The notes: generated by a model from the letters alone, not told the origin. A stretch of 64,000 nucleotides of DNA from Auanema rhodensis (GCA_964057225.1 CAXKVF010000074.1:620001-684000); one strand, 5' to 3'; shown: positions 13,201-28,560, counted from the stretch's first letter. Numbers and translations: made by a program.

Positions 13201-16200
13201 GATTCCCCATGTCCATATTAGTCTAAAAACAAATTTTTATTGATATTGGTTCATGGTAACCATGACTTTGAAATTTACGTGAACTTTATTTTATGCTAAT
13301 TAAATGTACACGTGATGTGCACTTGGTATGTAACTCGCTTCACGTGAAAGTTAAAGAGATGCGGTTTTCAAAATTAGATTCCCCATGTCCATATTAGTCT
13401 AAAAACAAATTTTTATTGATATTGGTGCATGGTAACCATGACTTTGAAATTTACGTGAACTTTAATTTATGCTAATTAAATGTACACGTGATGTGCACTT
13501 GGTATGTAACTCGCTTCACGTGAAAGATAAAGAGATGCGGTTTTCAAAATTAGATTCCCCATGTCCATATTAGTCTAAAAACAAATTTTTATCGATATTG
13601 GTGCATGGTAACCATGACTTTGAAATTTACGTGAACTTTAATTTATGCTAATTAAATGTACACGTGATGTGCACTTGGTATGTAACTCGCTTCACGTGAA
13701 AGATAAAGAGATGCGGTTTTCAAAATTAGATTCCCCATGTCCATATTAGTCTAAAAACAAATTTTTATCGATATTGGTGCATGGTAACCATGACTTTGAA
13801 ATTTACGTGAACTTTAATTTATGCTAATTAAATGTACACGTGATGTGCACTTGGTATGTAACTCGCTTCACGTGAAAGATAAAGAGATGCGGTTTTCAAA
13901 ATTAGATTCCCCATGTCCATATTAGTCTAAAAACAAATTTTTATTGATATTGGTGCATGGTAACCATGACTTTGAAATTTACGTGAACTTTAATTTATGC
14001 TAATTAAATGTACACGTGATGTGCACTTGGTATGTAACTCGCTTCACGTGAAAGATAAAGAGATGCGGTTTTCAAAATTAGATTCCCCATGTCCATATTA
14101 GTCTAAAAACAAATTTTTATCGATATTGGTGCATGGTAACCATGACTTTGAAATTTACGTGAACTTTAATTTATGCTAATTAAATGTACACGTGATGTGC
14201 ACTTGGTATGTAACTCGCTTCACGTGAAAGATAAAGAGATGCGGTTTTCAAAATTAGATTCCCCATGTCCATATTAGTCTAAAAACAAATTTTTATTGAT
14301 ATTGGTTCATGGTAACCATGACTTTGAAATTTACGTGAACTTTATTTTATGCTAATTAAATGTACACGTGATGTGCACTTGGTATGTAACTCGCTTCACG
14401 TGAAAGTTAAAGAGATGCGGTTTTCAAAATTAGATTCCCCATGTCCATATTAGTCTAAAAACAAATTTTTATTGATATTGGTGCATGGTAACCATGACTT
14501 TGAAATTTACGTGAACTTTAATTTATGCTAATTAAATGTACACGTGATGTGCACTTGGTATGTAACTCGCTTCACGTGAAAGATAAAGAGATGCGGTTTT
14601 CAAAATTAGATTCCCCATGTCCATATTAGTCTAAAAACAAATTTTTATCGATATTGGTGCATGGTAACCATGACTTTGAAATTTACGTGAACTTTAATTT
14701 ATGCTAATTAAATGTACACGTGATGTGCACTTGGTATGTAACTCGCTTCACGTGAAAGATAAAGAGATGCGGTTTTCAAAATTAGATTCCCCATGTCCAT
14801 ATTAGTCTAAAAACAAATTTTTATTGATATTGGTGCATGGTAACCATGACTTTGAAATTTACGTGAACTTTAATTTATGCTAATTAAATGTACACGTGAT
14901 GTGCACTTGGTATGTAACTCGCTTCACGTGAAAGATAAAGAGATGCGGTTTTCAAAATTAGATTCCCCATGTCCATATTAGTCTAAAAACAAATTTTTAT
15001 TGATATTGGTGCATGGTAACCATGACTTTGAAATTTACGTGAACTTTAATTTATGCTAATTAAATGTACACGTGATGTGCACTTGGTATGTAACTTATGT
15101 AACTCGCTTCACGTGAAAGATAAAGAGATGCGGTTTTCAAAATTAGATTCCCCATGTCCATATTAGTCTAAAAACAAATTTTTATTGATATTGGTGCATG
15201 GTAACCATGACTTTGAAATTTACGTGAACTTTAATTTATGCTAATTAAATGTACACGTGATGTGCACTTGGTATGTAACTCGCTTCACGTGAAAGATAAA
15301 GAGATGCGGTTTTCAAAATTAGATTCCCCATGTCCATATTAGTCTAAAAACAAATTTTTATTGATATTGGTTCATGGTAACCATGACTTTGAAATTTACG
15401 TGAACTTTATTTTATGCTAATTAAATGTACACGTGATGTGCACTTGGTATGTAACTCGCTTCACGTGAAAGTTAAAGAGATGCGGTTTTCAAAATTAGAT
15501 TCCCCATGTCCATATTAGTCTAAAAACAAATTTTTATTGATATTGGTGCATGGTAACCATGACTTTGAAATTTACGTGAACTTTAATTTATGCTAATTAA
15601 ATGTACACGTGATGTGCACTTGGTATGTAACTCGCTTCACGTGAAAGATAAAGAGATGCGGTTTTCAAAATTAGATTCCCCATGTCCATATTAGTCTAAA
15701 AACAAATTTTTATCGATATTGGTGCATGGTAACCATGACTTTGAAATTTACGTGAACTTTAATTTATGCTAATTAAATGTACACGTGATGTGCACTTGGT
15801 ATGTAACTCGCTTCACGTGAAAGATAAAGAGATGCGGTTTTCAAAATTAGATTCCCCATGTCCATATTAGTCTAAAAACAAATTTTTATCGATATTGGTG
15901 CATGGTAACCATGACTTTGAAATTTACGTGAACTTTAATTTATGCTAATTAAATGTACACGTGATGTGCACTTGGTATGTAACTCGCTTCACGTGAAAGA
16001 TAAAGAGATGCGGTTTTCAAAATTAGATTCCCCATGTCCATATTAGTCTAAAAACAAATTTTTATTGATATTGGTGCATGGTAACCATGACTTTGAAATT
16101 TACGTGAACTTTAATTTATGCTAATTAAATGTACACGTGATGTGCACTTGGTATGTAACTCGCTTCACGTGAAAGATAAAGAGATGCGGTTTTCAAAATT

Positions 16201-19200
16201 AGATTCCCCATGTCCATATTAGTCTAAAAACAAATTTTTATCGATATTGGTGCATGGTAACCATGACTTTGAAATTTACGTGAACTTTAATTTATGCTAA
16301 TTAAATGTACACGTGATGTGCACTTGGTATGTAACTCGCTTCACGTGAAAGATAAAGAGATGCGGTTTTCAAAATTAGATTCCCCATGTCCATATTAGTC
16401 TAAAAACAAATTTTTATTGATATTGGTTCATGGTAACCATGACTTTGAAATTTACGTGAACTTTATTTTATGCTAATTAAATGTACACGTGATGTGCACT
16501 TGGTATGTAACTCGCTTCACGTGAAAGTTAAAGAGATGCGGTTTTCAAAATTAGATTCCCCATGTCCATATTAGTCTAAAAACAAATTTTTATTGATATT
16601 GGTGCATGGTAACCATGACTTTGAAATTTACGTGAACTTTAATTTATGCTAATTAAATGTACACGTGATGTGCACTTGGTATGTAACTCGCTTCACGTGA
16701 AAGATAAAGAGATGCGGTTTTCAAAATTAGATTCCCCATGTCCATATTAGTCTAAAAACAAATTTTTATCGATATTGGTGCATGGTAACCATGACTTTGA
16801 AATTTACGTGAACTTTAATTTATGCTAATTAAATGTACACGTGATGTGCACTTGGTATGTAACTCGCTTCACGTGAAAGATAAAGAGATGCGGTTTTCAA
16901 AATTAGATTCCCCATGTCCATATTAGTCTAAAAACAAATTTTTATCGATATTGGTGCATGGTAACCATGACTTTGAAATTTACGTGAACTTTAATTTATG
17001 CTAATTAAATGTACACGTGATGTGCACTTGGTATGTAACTCGCTTCACGTGAAAGATAAAGAGATGCGGTTTTCAAAATTAGATTCCCCATGTCCATATT
17101 AGTCTAAAAACAAATTTTTATTGATATTGGTGCATGGTAACCATGACTTTGAAATTTACGTGAACTTTAATTTATGCTAATTAAATGTACACGTGATGTG
17201 CACTTGGTATGTAACTCGCTTCACGTGAAAGATAAAGAGATGCGGTTTTCAAAATTAGATTCCCCATGTCCATATTAGTCTAAAAACAAATTTTTATCGA
17301 TATTGGTGCATGGTAACCATGACTTTGAAATTTACGTGAACTTTAATTTATGCTAATTAAATGTACACGTGATGTGCACTTGGTATGTAACTCGCTTCAC
17401 GTGAAAGATAAAGAGATGCGGTTTTCAAAATTAGATTCCCCATGTCCATATTAGTCTAAAAACAAATTTTTATTGATATTGGTGCATGGTAACCATGACT
17501 TTGAAATTTACGTGAACTTTAATTTATGCTAATTAAATGTACACGTGATGTGCACTTGGTATGTAACTCGCTTCACGTGAAAGATAAAGAGATGCGGTTT
17601 TCAGAATTAGATTCCTCATGTCCATATTAGTCTAAAAACAAATTTTTATTGATATTGGTGCATGGTAACCATGACTTTGAATTTTACGTGAACTTTAATT
17701 TATGCTAATTAAATGTACACGTGATGTGCACTTTGTATGTAACTCGCTTCACGTGAAAGATAAAGAGATGCGGTTTTCAAAATTAGATTCCCCATGTCCA
17801 TATTAGTCTAAAAACAAATTTTTATTGATATTGGTGCATGGTAACCATGACTTTGAAATTTACGTGAACTTTAATTTATGCTAATTAAATATACACGTGA
17901 TGTGCACTTGGTATGTAACTCGCTTCACGTGAAAGATAAAGAGATGCGGTTTTCAAAATTAGATTCCCCATGTCCATATTAGTCTAAAAACAAATTTTTA
18001 TCGATATTGGTGCATGGTAACCATGACTTTGAAATTTACGTGAACTTTAATTTATGCTAATTAAATGTACACGTGATGTGCACTTGGTATGTAACTCGCT
18101 TCACGTGAAAGATAAAGAGATGCGGTTTTCAAAATTAGATTCCCCATGTCCATATTAGTCTAAAAACAAATTTTTATTGATATTGGTGCATGGTAACCAT
18201 GACTTTGAAATTTACGTGAACTTTAATTTATGCTAATTAAATGTACACGTGATGTGCACTTGGTATGTAACTCGCTTCACGTGAAAGATAAAGAGATGCG
18301 GTTTTCAAAATTAGATTCCCCATGTCCATATTAGTCTAAAAACAAATTTTTATTGATATTGGTGCATGGTAACCATGACTTTGAAATTTACGTGAACTTT
18401 AATTTATGCTAATTAAATGTACACGTGATGTGCACTTGGTATGTAACTTATGTAACTCGCTTCACGTGAAAGATAAAGAGATGCGGTTTTCAAAATTAGA
18501 TTCCCCATGTCCATATTAGTCTAAAAACAAATTTTTATTGATATTGGTGCATGGTAACCATGACTTTGAAATTTACGTGAACTTTAATTTATGCTAATTA
18601 AATGTACACGTGATGTGCACTTGGTATGTAACTCGCTTCACGTGAAAGATAAAGAGATGCGGTTTTCAAAATTAGATTCCCCATGTCCATATTAGTCTAA
18701 AAACAAATTTTTATTGATATTGGTTCATGGTAACCATGACTTTGAAATTTACGTGAACTTTATTTTATGCTAATTAAATGTACACGTGATGTGCACTTGG
18801 TATGTAACTCGCTTCACGTGAAAGTTAAAGAGATGCGGTTTTCAAAATTAGATTCCCCATGTCCATATTAGTCTAAAAACAAATTTTTATTGATATTGGT
18901 GCATGGTAACCATGACTTTGAAATTTACGTGAACTTTAATTTATGCTAATTAAATGTACACGTGATGTGCACTTGGTATGTAACTCGCTTCACGTGAAAG
19001 ATAAAGAGATGCGGTTTTCAAAATTAGATTCCCCATGTCCATATTAGTCTAAAAACAAATTTTTATCGATATTGGTGCATGGTAACCATGACTTTGAAAT
19101 TTACGTGAACTTTAATTTATGCTAATTAAATGTACACGTGATGTGCACTTGGTATGTAACTCGCTTCACGTGAAAGATAAAGAGATGCGGTTTTCAAAAT

Positions 19201-19500
19201 TAGATTCCCCATGTCCATATTAGTCTAAAAACAAATTTTTATTGATATTGGTGCATGGTAACCATGACTTTGAAATTTACGTGAACTTTAATTTATGCTA
19301 ATTAAATGTACACGTGATGTGCACTTGGTATGTAACTCGCTTCACGTGAAAGATAAAGAGATGCGGTTTTCAAAATTAGATTCCCCATGTCCATATTAGT
19401 CTAAAAACAAATTTTTATCGATATTGGTGCATGGTAACCATGACTTTGAAATTTACGTGAACTTTAATTTATGCTAATTAAATGTACACGTGATGTGCAC
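10209..19500. repeat. HOR domain marked by 185-bp monomers (9-bp duplication), T25+T88 monomers and C153 (ATCGAT) monomers
   Basis: The TATGTAACT duplication is at 10271, 12966, 15087 and 18440 (15, 12 and 19 monomers apart). A 6-mer at 15210-16265 equals 16266-17321. Confidence 0.9.
11098..11319 (+). repeat. Unique 222-bp variant monomer (37-bp tandem duplication containing a further 9-bp duplication)
   Basis: 11142-11178 (CACGT...CACGT) is followed by a second copy at 11179-11224 in which ATGTAACTC is doubled (11198-11215). Confidence 0.93.
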
Positions 19501-20145
19501 TTGGTATGTAACTCGCTTCACGTGAAAGATAAAGAGATGCGGTTTTCAAAATTAGATTCCCCATGTCCATATTAGTCTAAAAACAAATTTTTATTGATAT
19601 TGGTGCATGGTAACCATGACTTTGAAATTTACGTGAACTTTAATTTATGCTAATTAAATGTACACGTGATGTGCACTTGGTATGTAACTCGCTTCACGTG
19701 AAAGATAAAGAGATGCGGTTTTCAAAATTAGATTCCCCATGTCCATATTAGTCTAAAAACAAATTTTTATTGATATTGGTGCATGGTAACCATGACTTTG
19801 AATTTTACGTGAACTTTAATTTATGCTAATTAAATGTACACGTGATGTGCACTTGGTATGTAACTCGCTTCACGTGAAAGATAAAGAGATGCGGTTTTCA
19901 AAATTAGATTCCCCATGTCCATATTAGTCTAAAAACAAATTTTTATTGATATTGGTTCATGGTAACCATGACTTTGAAATTTACGGAACTTTAATTTATG
20001 CTAATTAAATGTACACGTGATGTGCACTTGGTATGTAACTCGCTTCACGTGAAAGATAAAGAGATGCGGTTTTCAAAATTAGATTCCCCATGTCCATATT
20101 AGTCTAAAAACAAATTTTTATTGATATTGGTTCATGGTAACCATG

Positions 20146-23100
20146 ACTTTGAAATTTACGTGAACTTTAATTTATGCTAATTAAATGTACACGTGATGTG
20201 CACTTGGTATGTAACTCGCTTCACGTGAAAGATAAAGAGATGCGGTTTTCAAAATTAGATTACCCATGTCCATATTAGTCTAAAAACAAATTTTTATTGA
20301 TATTGGTGCATGGTAACCATGACTTTGAATTTTACGTGAACTTTAATTTATGCTAATTAAATGTACACGTGATGTGCACTTGGTATGTAACTCGCTTCAC
20401 GTGAAAGATAAAGAGATGCGGTTTTCAAAATTAGATTCCCCATGTCCATATTAGTCTAAAAACAAATTTTTATTGATATTGGTGTATGGTAACCATGACT
20501 TTGAAATTTACGTGAACTTTAATTTATGCTAATTAAATGTACACGTGATGTGCACTTGGTATGTAACTCGCTTCACGTGAAAGATAAAGAGATACGGTTT
20601 TCAAAATTAGATTCCCCATGTCCATATTAGTCTAAAAACAAATTTTTATTGATATTGGTGCATGGTAACCATGACTTTGAAATTTACGTGAACTTTAATT
20701 TATGCTAATTAAATGTACACGTGATGTGCACTTGGTATGTAACTCGCTTCACGTGAAAGATAAAGAGATGCGGTTTTCAAAATTAGATTCCCCATGTCCA
20801 TATTAGTCTAAAAACAAATTTTTATTGATATTGGTGCATGGTAACCACGACTTTGAAATTTACGTGAACTTTAATTTATGCTAATTAAATGTACACGTGA
20901 TGTGCACTTGGTATGTAACTCGCTTCACGTGAAAGATAAAGAGATGCGGTTTTCAAAATTAGATTCCCCATGTCCATATTAGTCTAAAAACAAATTTTTA
21001 TTGATATTGGTGCATGGTAACCATGACTTTGAAATTTACGTGAACTTTAATTTATGCTAATTAAATGTACACGTGATGTGCACTTGGTATGTAACTCGCT
21101 TCACGTGAAAGTTAAAGAGATGCGGTTTTCATAATTAGATTACCCATGTCCATATTAGTCTAAAAACTAATTTTTATTGATATTGGTGCATGGTAACCAT
21201 GACTTTGAAATTTACGTGAACTTTAATTTATGCTAATTAAATGTACACGTGATGTGCACTTGGTATGTAACTCGCTTCACGTGAAAGATAAAGAGATGCG
21301 GTTTTCAAAATTAGATTCCTCATGTCCATATTAGTCTAAAAACAAATTTTTATTGATATTGGTGCATGGTAACCATGACTTTGAAATTTACGTGAACTTT
21401 AATTTATGCTAATTAAATGTACACGTGATGTGCACTTGGTATGTAACTCGCTTCACGTGAAAGATAAAGAGATGCGGTTTTCAAAATTAGATTACCCATG
21501 TCCATATTAGTCTAAAAACAAATTTTTATTGATATTGGTTCATGGTAACCATGACTTTGAAATTTACGTGAACTTTAATTTATGCTAATTAAATGTACAC
21601 GTGATGTGCACTTGGTATGTAACTCGCTTCACGTGAAAGATAAAGAGATGCGGTTTTCAAAATTAGATCCCCCATGTCCATATTAGTCTAAAAACAAATT
21701 TTTATTGATATTGGTGCATGGTAACCATGACTTTGAAATTTACGTGAACTTTAATTTATGCTAATTAAATGTACACGTGATGTGCACTTGGTATGTAACT
21801 CGCTTCACGTGAAAGATAAAGAGATGCGGTTTTCAAAATTAGATTCCCCATGTCCATATTAGTCTAAAAACAAATTTTTATTGATATTGGTTCATGGTAA
21901 CCATGACTTTGAAATTTACGTGAACTTTAATTTATGCTAATTAAATGTACACGTGATGTGCACTTGGTATGTAACTCGCTTCACGTGAAAGATAAAGAGA
22001 TACGGTTTTCAAAATTAGATTCCCCATGTCCATATTAGTCTAAAAACAAATTTTTATTGATATTGGTGCATGGTAACCATGACTTTGAAATTTACGTGAA
22101 CTTTAATTTATGCTAATTAAATGTACACGTGATGTGCACTTGGTATGTAACTCGCTTCACGTGAAAGATAAAGAGATGCGGTTTCCAAAATTAGATTCCC
22201 CATGTCCATATTAGTCTAAAAACAAATTTTTATTGATATTGGTGCATGGTAACCACGACTTTGAAATTTACGTGAACTTTAATTTATGCTAATTAAATGT
22301 ACACGTGATGTGCACTTGGTATGTAACTCGCTTCACGTGAAAGATAAAGAGATGCGGTTTTCAAAATTAGATTCCCCATGTCCATATTAGTCTAAAAACA
22401 AATTTTTATTGATATTGGTGCATGGTAACCATGACTTTGAAATTTACGTGAACTTTAATTTATGCTAATTAAATGTACACGTGATGTGCACTTGGTATGT
22501 AACTCGCTTCACGTGAAAGATAAAGAGATGCGGTTTTCAAAATTAGATTCCCCATGTCCATATTAGTCTAAAAACAAATTTTTATTGATATTGGTGCATG
22601 GTAACCATGACTTTGAATTTTACGTGAACTTTAATTTATGCTAATTAAATGTACACGTGATGTGCACTTGGTATGTAACTCGCTTCACGTGAAAGATAAA
22701 GAGATGCGGTTTTCAAAATTAGATTCCCCATGTCCATATTAGTCTAAAAACAAATTTTTATTGATATTGGTTCATGGTAACCATGACTTTGAAATTTACG
22801 TGAACTTTAATTTATGCTAATTAAATGTACACGTGATGTGCACTTGGTATGTAACTCGCTTCACGTGAAAGATAAAGAGATGCGGTTTTCAAAATTAGAT
22901 TCCCCATGTCCATATTAGTCTAAAAACAAATTTTTATTGATATTGGTGCATGGTAACCATGACTTTGAATTTTACGTGAACTTTAATTTATGCTAATTAA
23001 ATGTACACGTGATGTGCACTTGGTATGTAACTCGCTTCACGTGAAAGATAAAGAGATGCGGTTTTCAAAATTAGATTCCCCATGTCCATATTAGTCTAAA

Positions 23101-26100
23101 AACAAATTTTTATTGATATTGGTGCATGGTAACCATGACTTTGAAATTTACGTGAACTTTAATTTATGCTAATTAAATGTACACGTGATGTGCACTTGGT
23201 ATGTAACTAGCTTCACGTGAAAGATAAAGAGATACGGTTTTCAAAATTAGATTCCCCATGTCCATATTAGTCTAAAAACAAATTTTTATTGATATTGGTG
23301 CATGGTAACCACGACTTTGAAATTTACGTGAACTTTAATTTATGCTAATTAAATGTACACGTGATGTGCACTTGGTATGTAACTCGCTTCACGTGAAAGA
23401 TAAAGAGATGCGGTTTTCAAAATTAGATTCCCCATGTCCATATTAGTCTAAAAACAAATTTTTATTGATATTGGTGCATGGTAACCACGACTTTGAAATT
23501 TACGTGAACTTTAATTTATGCTAATTAAATGTACACGTGATGTGCACTTGGTATGTAACTCGCTTCACGTGAAAGATAAAGAGATGCGGTTTTCAAAATT
23601 AGATTCCCCATGTCCATATTAGTCTAAAAACAAATTTTTATTGATATTGGTGCATGGTAACCATGACTTTGAAATTTACGTGAACTTTAATTTATGCTAA
23701 TTAAATGTACACGTGATGTGCACTTGGTATGTAACTCGCTTCACGTGAAAGTTAAAGAGATGCGGTTTTCATAATTAGATTACCCATGTCCATATTAGTC
23801 TAAAAACAAATTTTTATTGATATTGGTTCATGGTAACCATGACTTTGAAATTTACGTGAACTTTAATTTATGCTAATTAAATGTACACGTGATGTGCACT
23901 TGGTATGTAACTCGCTTCACGTGAAAGATAAAGAGATGCGGTTTTCAAAATTAGATTCCTCATGTCCATATTAGTCTAAAAACAAATTTTTATTGATATT
24001 GGTGCATGGTAACCATGACTTTGAAATTTACGTGAACTTTAATTTATGCTAATTAAATGTACACGTGATGTGCACTTGGTATGTAACTCGCTTCACGTGA
24101 AAGATAAAGAGATGCGGTTTTCAAAATTAGATTACCCATGTCCATATTAGTCTAAAAACAAATTTTTATTGATATTGGTTCATGGTAACCATGACTTTGA
24201 AATTTACGTGAACTTTAATTTATGCTAATTAAATGTACACGTGATGTGCACTTGGTATGTAACTCGCTTCACGTGAAAGATAAAGAGATGCGGTTTTCAA
24301 AATTAGATCCCCCATGTCCATATTAGTCTAAAAACAAATTTTTATTGATATTGGTGCATGGTAACCATGACTTTGAAATTTACGTGAACTTTAATTTATG
24401 CTAATTAAATGTACACGTGATGTGCACTTGGTATGTAACTCGCTTCACGTGAAAGATAAAGAGATACGGTTTTCAAAATTAGATTCCCCATGTCCATATT
24501 AGTCTAAAAACAAATTTTTATTGATATTGGTGCATGGTAACCATGACTTTGAAATTTACGTGAACTTTAATTTATGCTAATTAAATGTACACGTGATGTG
24601 CACTTGGTATGTAACTCGCTTCACGTGAAAGATAAAGAGATGCGGTTTCCAAAATTAGATTCCCCATGTCCATATTAGTCTAAAAACAAATTTTTATTGA
24701 TATTGGTGCATGGTAACCACGACTTTGAAATTTACGTGAACTTTAATTTATGCTAATTAAATGTACACGTGATGTGCACTTGGTATGTAACTCGCTTCAC
24801 GTGAAAGATAAAGAGATGCGGTTTTCAAAATTAGATTCCCCATGTCCATATTAGTCTAAAAACAAATTTTTATTGATATTGGTGCATGGTAACCATGACT
24901 TTGAAATTTACGTGAACTTTAATTTATGCTAATTAAATGTACACGTGATGTGCACTTGGTATGTAACTCGCTTCACGTGAAAGATAAAGAGATGCGGTTT
25001 TCAAAATTAGATTCCCCATGTCCATATTAGTCTAAAAACAAATTTTTATTGATATTGGTGCATGGTAACCATGACTTTGAATTTTACGTGAACTTTAATT
25101 TATGCTAATTAAATGTACACGTGATGTGCACTTGGTATGTAACTCGCTTCACGTGAAAGATAAAGAGATGCGGTTTTCAAAATTAGATTCCCCATGTCCA
25201 TATTAGTCTAAAAACAAATTTTTATTGATATTGGTTCATGGTAACCATGACTTTGAAATTTACGTGAACTTTAATTTATGCTAATTAAATGTACACGTGA
25301 TGTGCACTTGGTATGTAACTCGCTTCACGTGAAAGATAAAGAGATGCGGTTTTCAAAATTAGATTCCCCATGTCCATATTAGTCTAAAAACAAATTTTTA
25401 TTGATATTGGTGCATGGTAACCATGACTTTGAAATTTACGTGAACTTTAATTTATGCTAATTAAATGTACACGTGATGTGCACTTGGTATGTAACTCGCT
25501 TCACGTGAAAGATAAAGAGATGCGGTTTTCAAAATTAGATTACCCATGTCCATATTAGTCTAAAAACAAATTTTTATTGATATTGGTGCATGGTAACCAT
25601 GACTTTGAATTTTACGTGAACTTTAATTTATGCTAATTAAATGTACACGTGATGTGCACTTGGTATGTAACTCGCTTCACGTGAAAGATAAAGAGATGCG
25701 GTTTTCAAAATTAGATTCCCCATGTCCATATTAGTCTAAAAACAAATTTTTATTGATATTGGTGCATGGTAACCATGACTTTGAAATTTACGTGAACTTT
25801 AATTTATGCTAATTAAATGTACACGTGATGTGCACTTGGTATGTAACTAGTTTCACGTGAAAGATAAAGAGATACGGTTTTCAAAATTAGATTCCCCATG
25901 TCCATATTAGTCTAAAAACAAATTTTTATTGATATTGGTGCATGGTAACCACGACTTTGAAATTTACGTGAACTTTAATTTATGCTAATTAAATGTACAC
26001 GTGATGTGCACTTGGTATGTAACTCGCTTCACGTGAAAGATAAAGAGATGCGGTTTTCAAAATTAGATTCCCCATGTCCATATTAGTCTAAAAACAAATT

Positions 26101-28560
26101 TTTATTGATATTGGTGCATGGTAACCACGACTTTGAAATTTACGTGAACTTTAATTTATGCTAATTAAATGTACACGTGATGTGCACTTGGTATGTAACT
26201 CGCTTCACGTGAAAGATAAAGAGATGCGGTTTTCAAAATTAGATTCCCCATGTCCATATTAGTCTAAAAACAAATTTTTATTGATATTGGTGCATGGTAA
26301 CCATGACTTTGAAATTTACGTGAACTTTAATTTATGCTAATTAATGTACACGTGATGTGCACTTGGTATGTAACTCGCTTCACGTGAAAGTTAAAGAGAT
26401 GCGGTTTTCATAATTAGATTACCCATGTCCATATTAGTCTAAAAACAAATTTTTATTGATATTGGTTCATGGTAACCATGACTTTGAAATTTACGTGAAC
26501 TTTAATTTATGCTAATTAAATGTACACGTGATGTGCACTTGGTATGTAACATCGCTTCACGTGAAAGATAAAGAGATGCGTTTTCAAAATAGATCCCCCA
26601 TGTCCATATTAGTCTAAAAACTAATTTTTATTGATATTGGTGCATGGGTAACCATGACTTTGAAATTTACGTGAACATTAATTTATGCTAATTAAATGTA
26701 CACGTGATGTGCACTTGGTATGTAACTCGCTTCACGTGAAAGATAAAGAGATGCGGTTTTCAAAATTAGATTCCCCATGTCCATATTAGTCTAAAAACAA
26801 ATTTTTATTGATATTGGTGCATGGTAACCATGACTTTGAATTTACGTGAACTTTATTTATGCTAATTAAATGTACACGTGATGTGCACTTGGTATGTAAC
26901 TCGCTTCACGTGAAAGATAAAGAGATGCGGTTTTCAAAATTAGATTCCCCATGTCCATATTAGTCTAAAAACAAATTTTTATTGATATTGGTTCATGGTA
27001 ACCATGACTTTGAAATTTACGTGAACTTTAATTTATGCTAATTAAATGTACACGTGATGTGCACTTGGTATGTAACTCGCTTCACGTGAAAGATAAAGAG
27101 ATACGGTTTTCAAAATTAGATTCCCCATGTCCATATTAGTCTAAAAACAAATTTTTATTGATATTGGTGCATGGTAACCATGACTTTGAAATTTACGTGA
27201 ACTTTAATTTATGCTAATTAAATGTACACGTGATGTGCACTTGGTATGTAACTCGCTTCACGTGAAAGATAAAGAGATGCGGTTTCCAAAATTAGATTCC
27301 CCATGTCCATATTAGTCTAAAAACAAATTTTTATTGATATTGGTGCATGGTAACCACTGACTTTGAAATTTACGTGAACTTTAATTTATGCTAATTAAAT
27401 GTACACGTGATGTGCACTTGGTATGTAACTCGCTTCACGTGAAAGATAAAGAGATGCGGTTTTCAAAATTAGATTCCCCCATGTCCATATTAGTCTAAAA
27501 ACAAATTTTTATTGATATTGGTGCATGGTAACCATGACTTTGAAATTTACGTGAACTTAATTTATGCTAATTAAATGTACACGTGAGTGCACTTGGTATG
27601 TAACTCGCTTCACGTGAAAGATAAAGAGATGCGGTTTTCAAAATTAGATTCCCCATGTCCATATTAGTCTAAAAACAAATTTTTATTGATATTGGTGCAT
27701 GGTAACCATGACTTTGAATTTTACGTGAACTTTAATTTATGCTAATTAAATGTACACGTGATGTGCACTTGGTATGTAACTCGCTTCACGTGAAAGATAA
27801 AGAGATGCGGTTTTCAAAATTAGATTCCCCATGTCCATATTAGTCTAAAACAAATTTTGTATTGATATTGGTTCATGGTAACCATGACTTTGAAATTTAC
27901 GTGAACTTTATTAATTTATGCTAATTAAATGTACACGTGATGTGCACTTGGTATGTAACTCGCTTCACGTGAAAGATAAAGAGATGCGGTTTTCAAAATT
28001 AGATTCCCCATGTCCATATTAGTCTAAAAACAAATTTTTATTGATATTGGTGCATGGTAACCATGACTTTGAAATTTACGTGAACTTTAATTTATGCTAA
28101 TTAAATGTACACGTGATGTGCACTTGGTATGTAACTCGCTTCACGTGAAAGATAAAGAGATGCGGTTTTCAAAATTAGATTACCCATGTCCATATTAGTC
28201 TAAAAACAAATTTTTATTGATATTGGTGCATGGTAACCATGACTTTGAATTTTACGTGAACTTTAATTTATGCTAATTAAATGTACACGTGATGTGCACT
28301 TGGTATGTAACTCGCTTCACGTGAAAGATAAAGAGATGCGGTTTTCAAAATTAGATTCCCCATGTCCATATTAGTCTAAAAACAAATTTTTATTGATATT
28401 GGTGCATGGTAACCATGACTTTGAAATTTACGTGAACTTTAATTTATGCTAATTAAATGTACACGTGATGTGCACTTGGTATGTAACTAGTTTCACGTGA
28501 AAGATAAAGAGATACGGTTTTCACAATTAGATTCCCCATGTCCATATTAGTCTAAAAACA
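20146..28560. repeat. 15-monomer (2640 bp) higher-order repeat, about 3 imperfect copies
   Basis: GATACGG at 20591, 23231, 25871, 28511. TAACTAG at ~23205, 25845, 28485. The T88+CATAATT+A117 monomer at ~21111, 23751, 26390. Confidence 0.9.
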
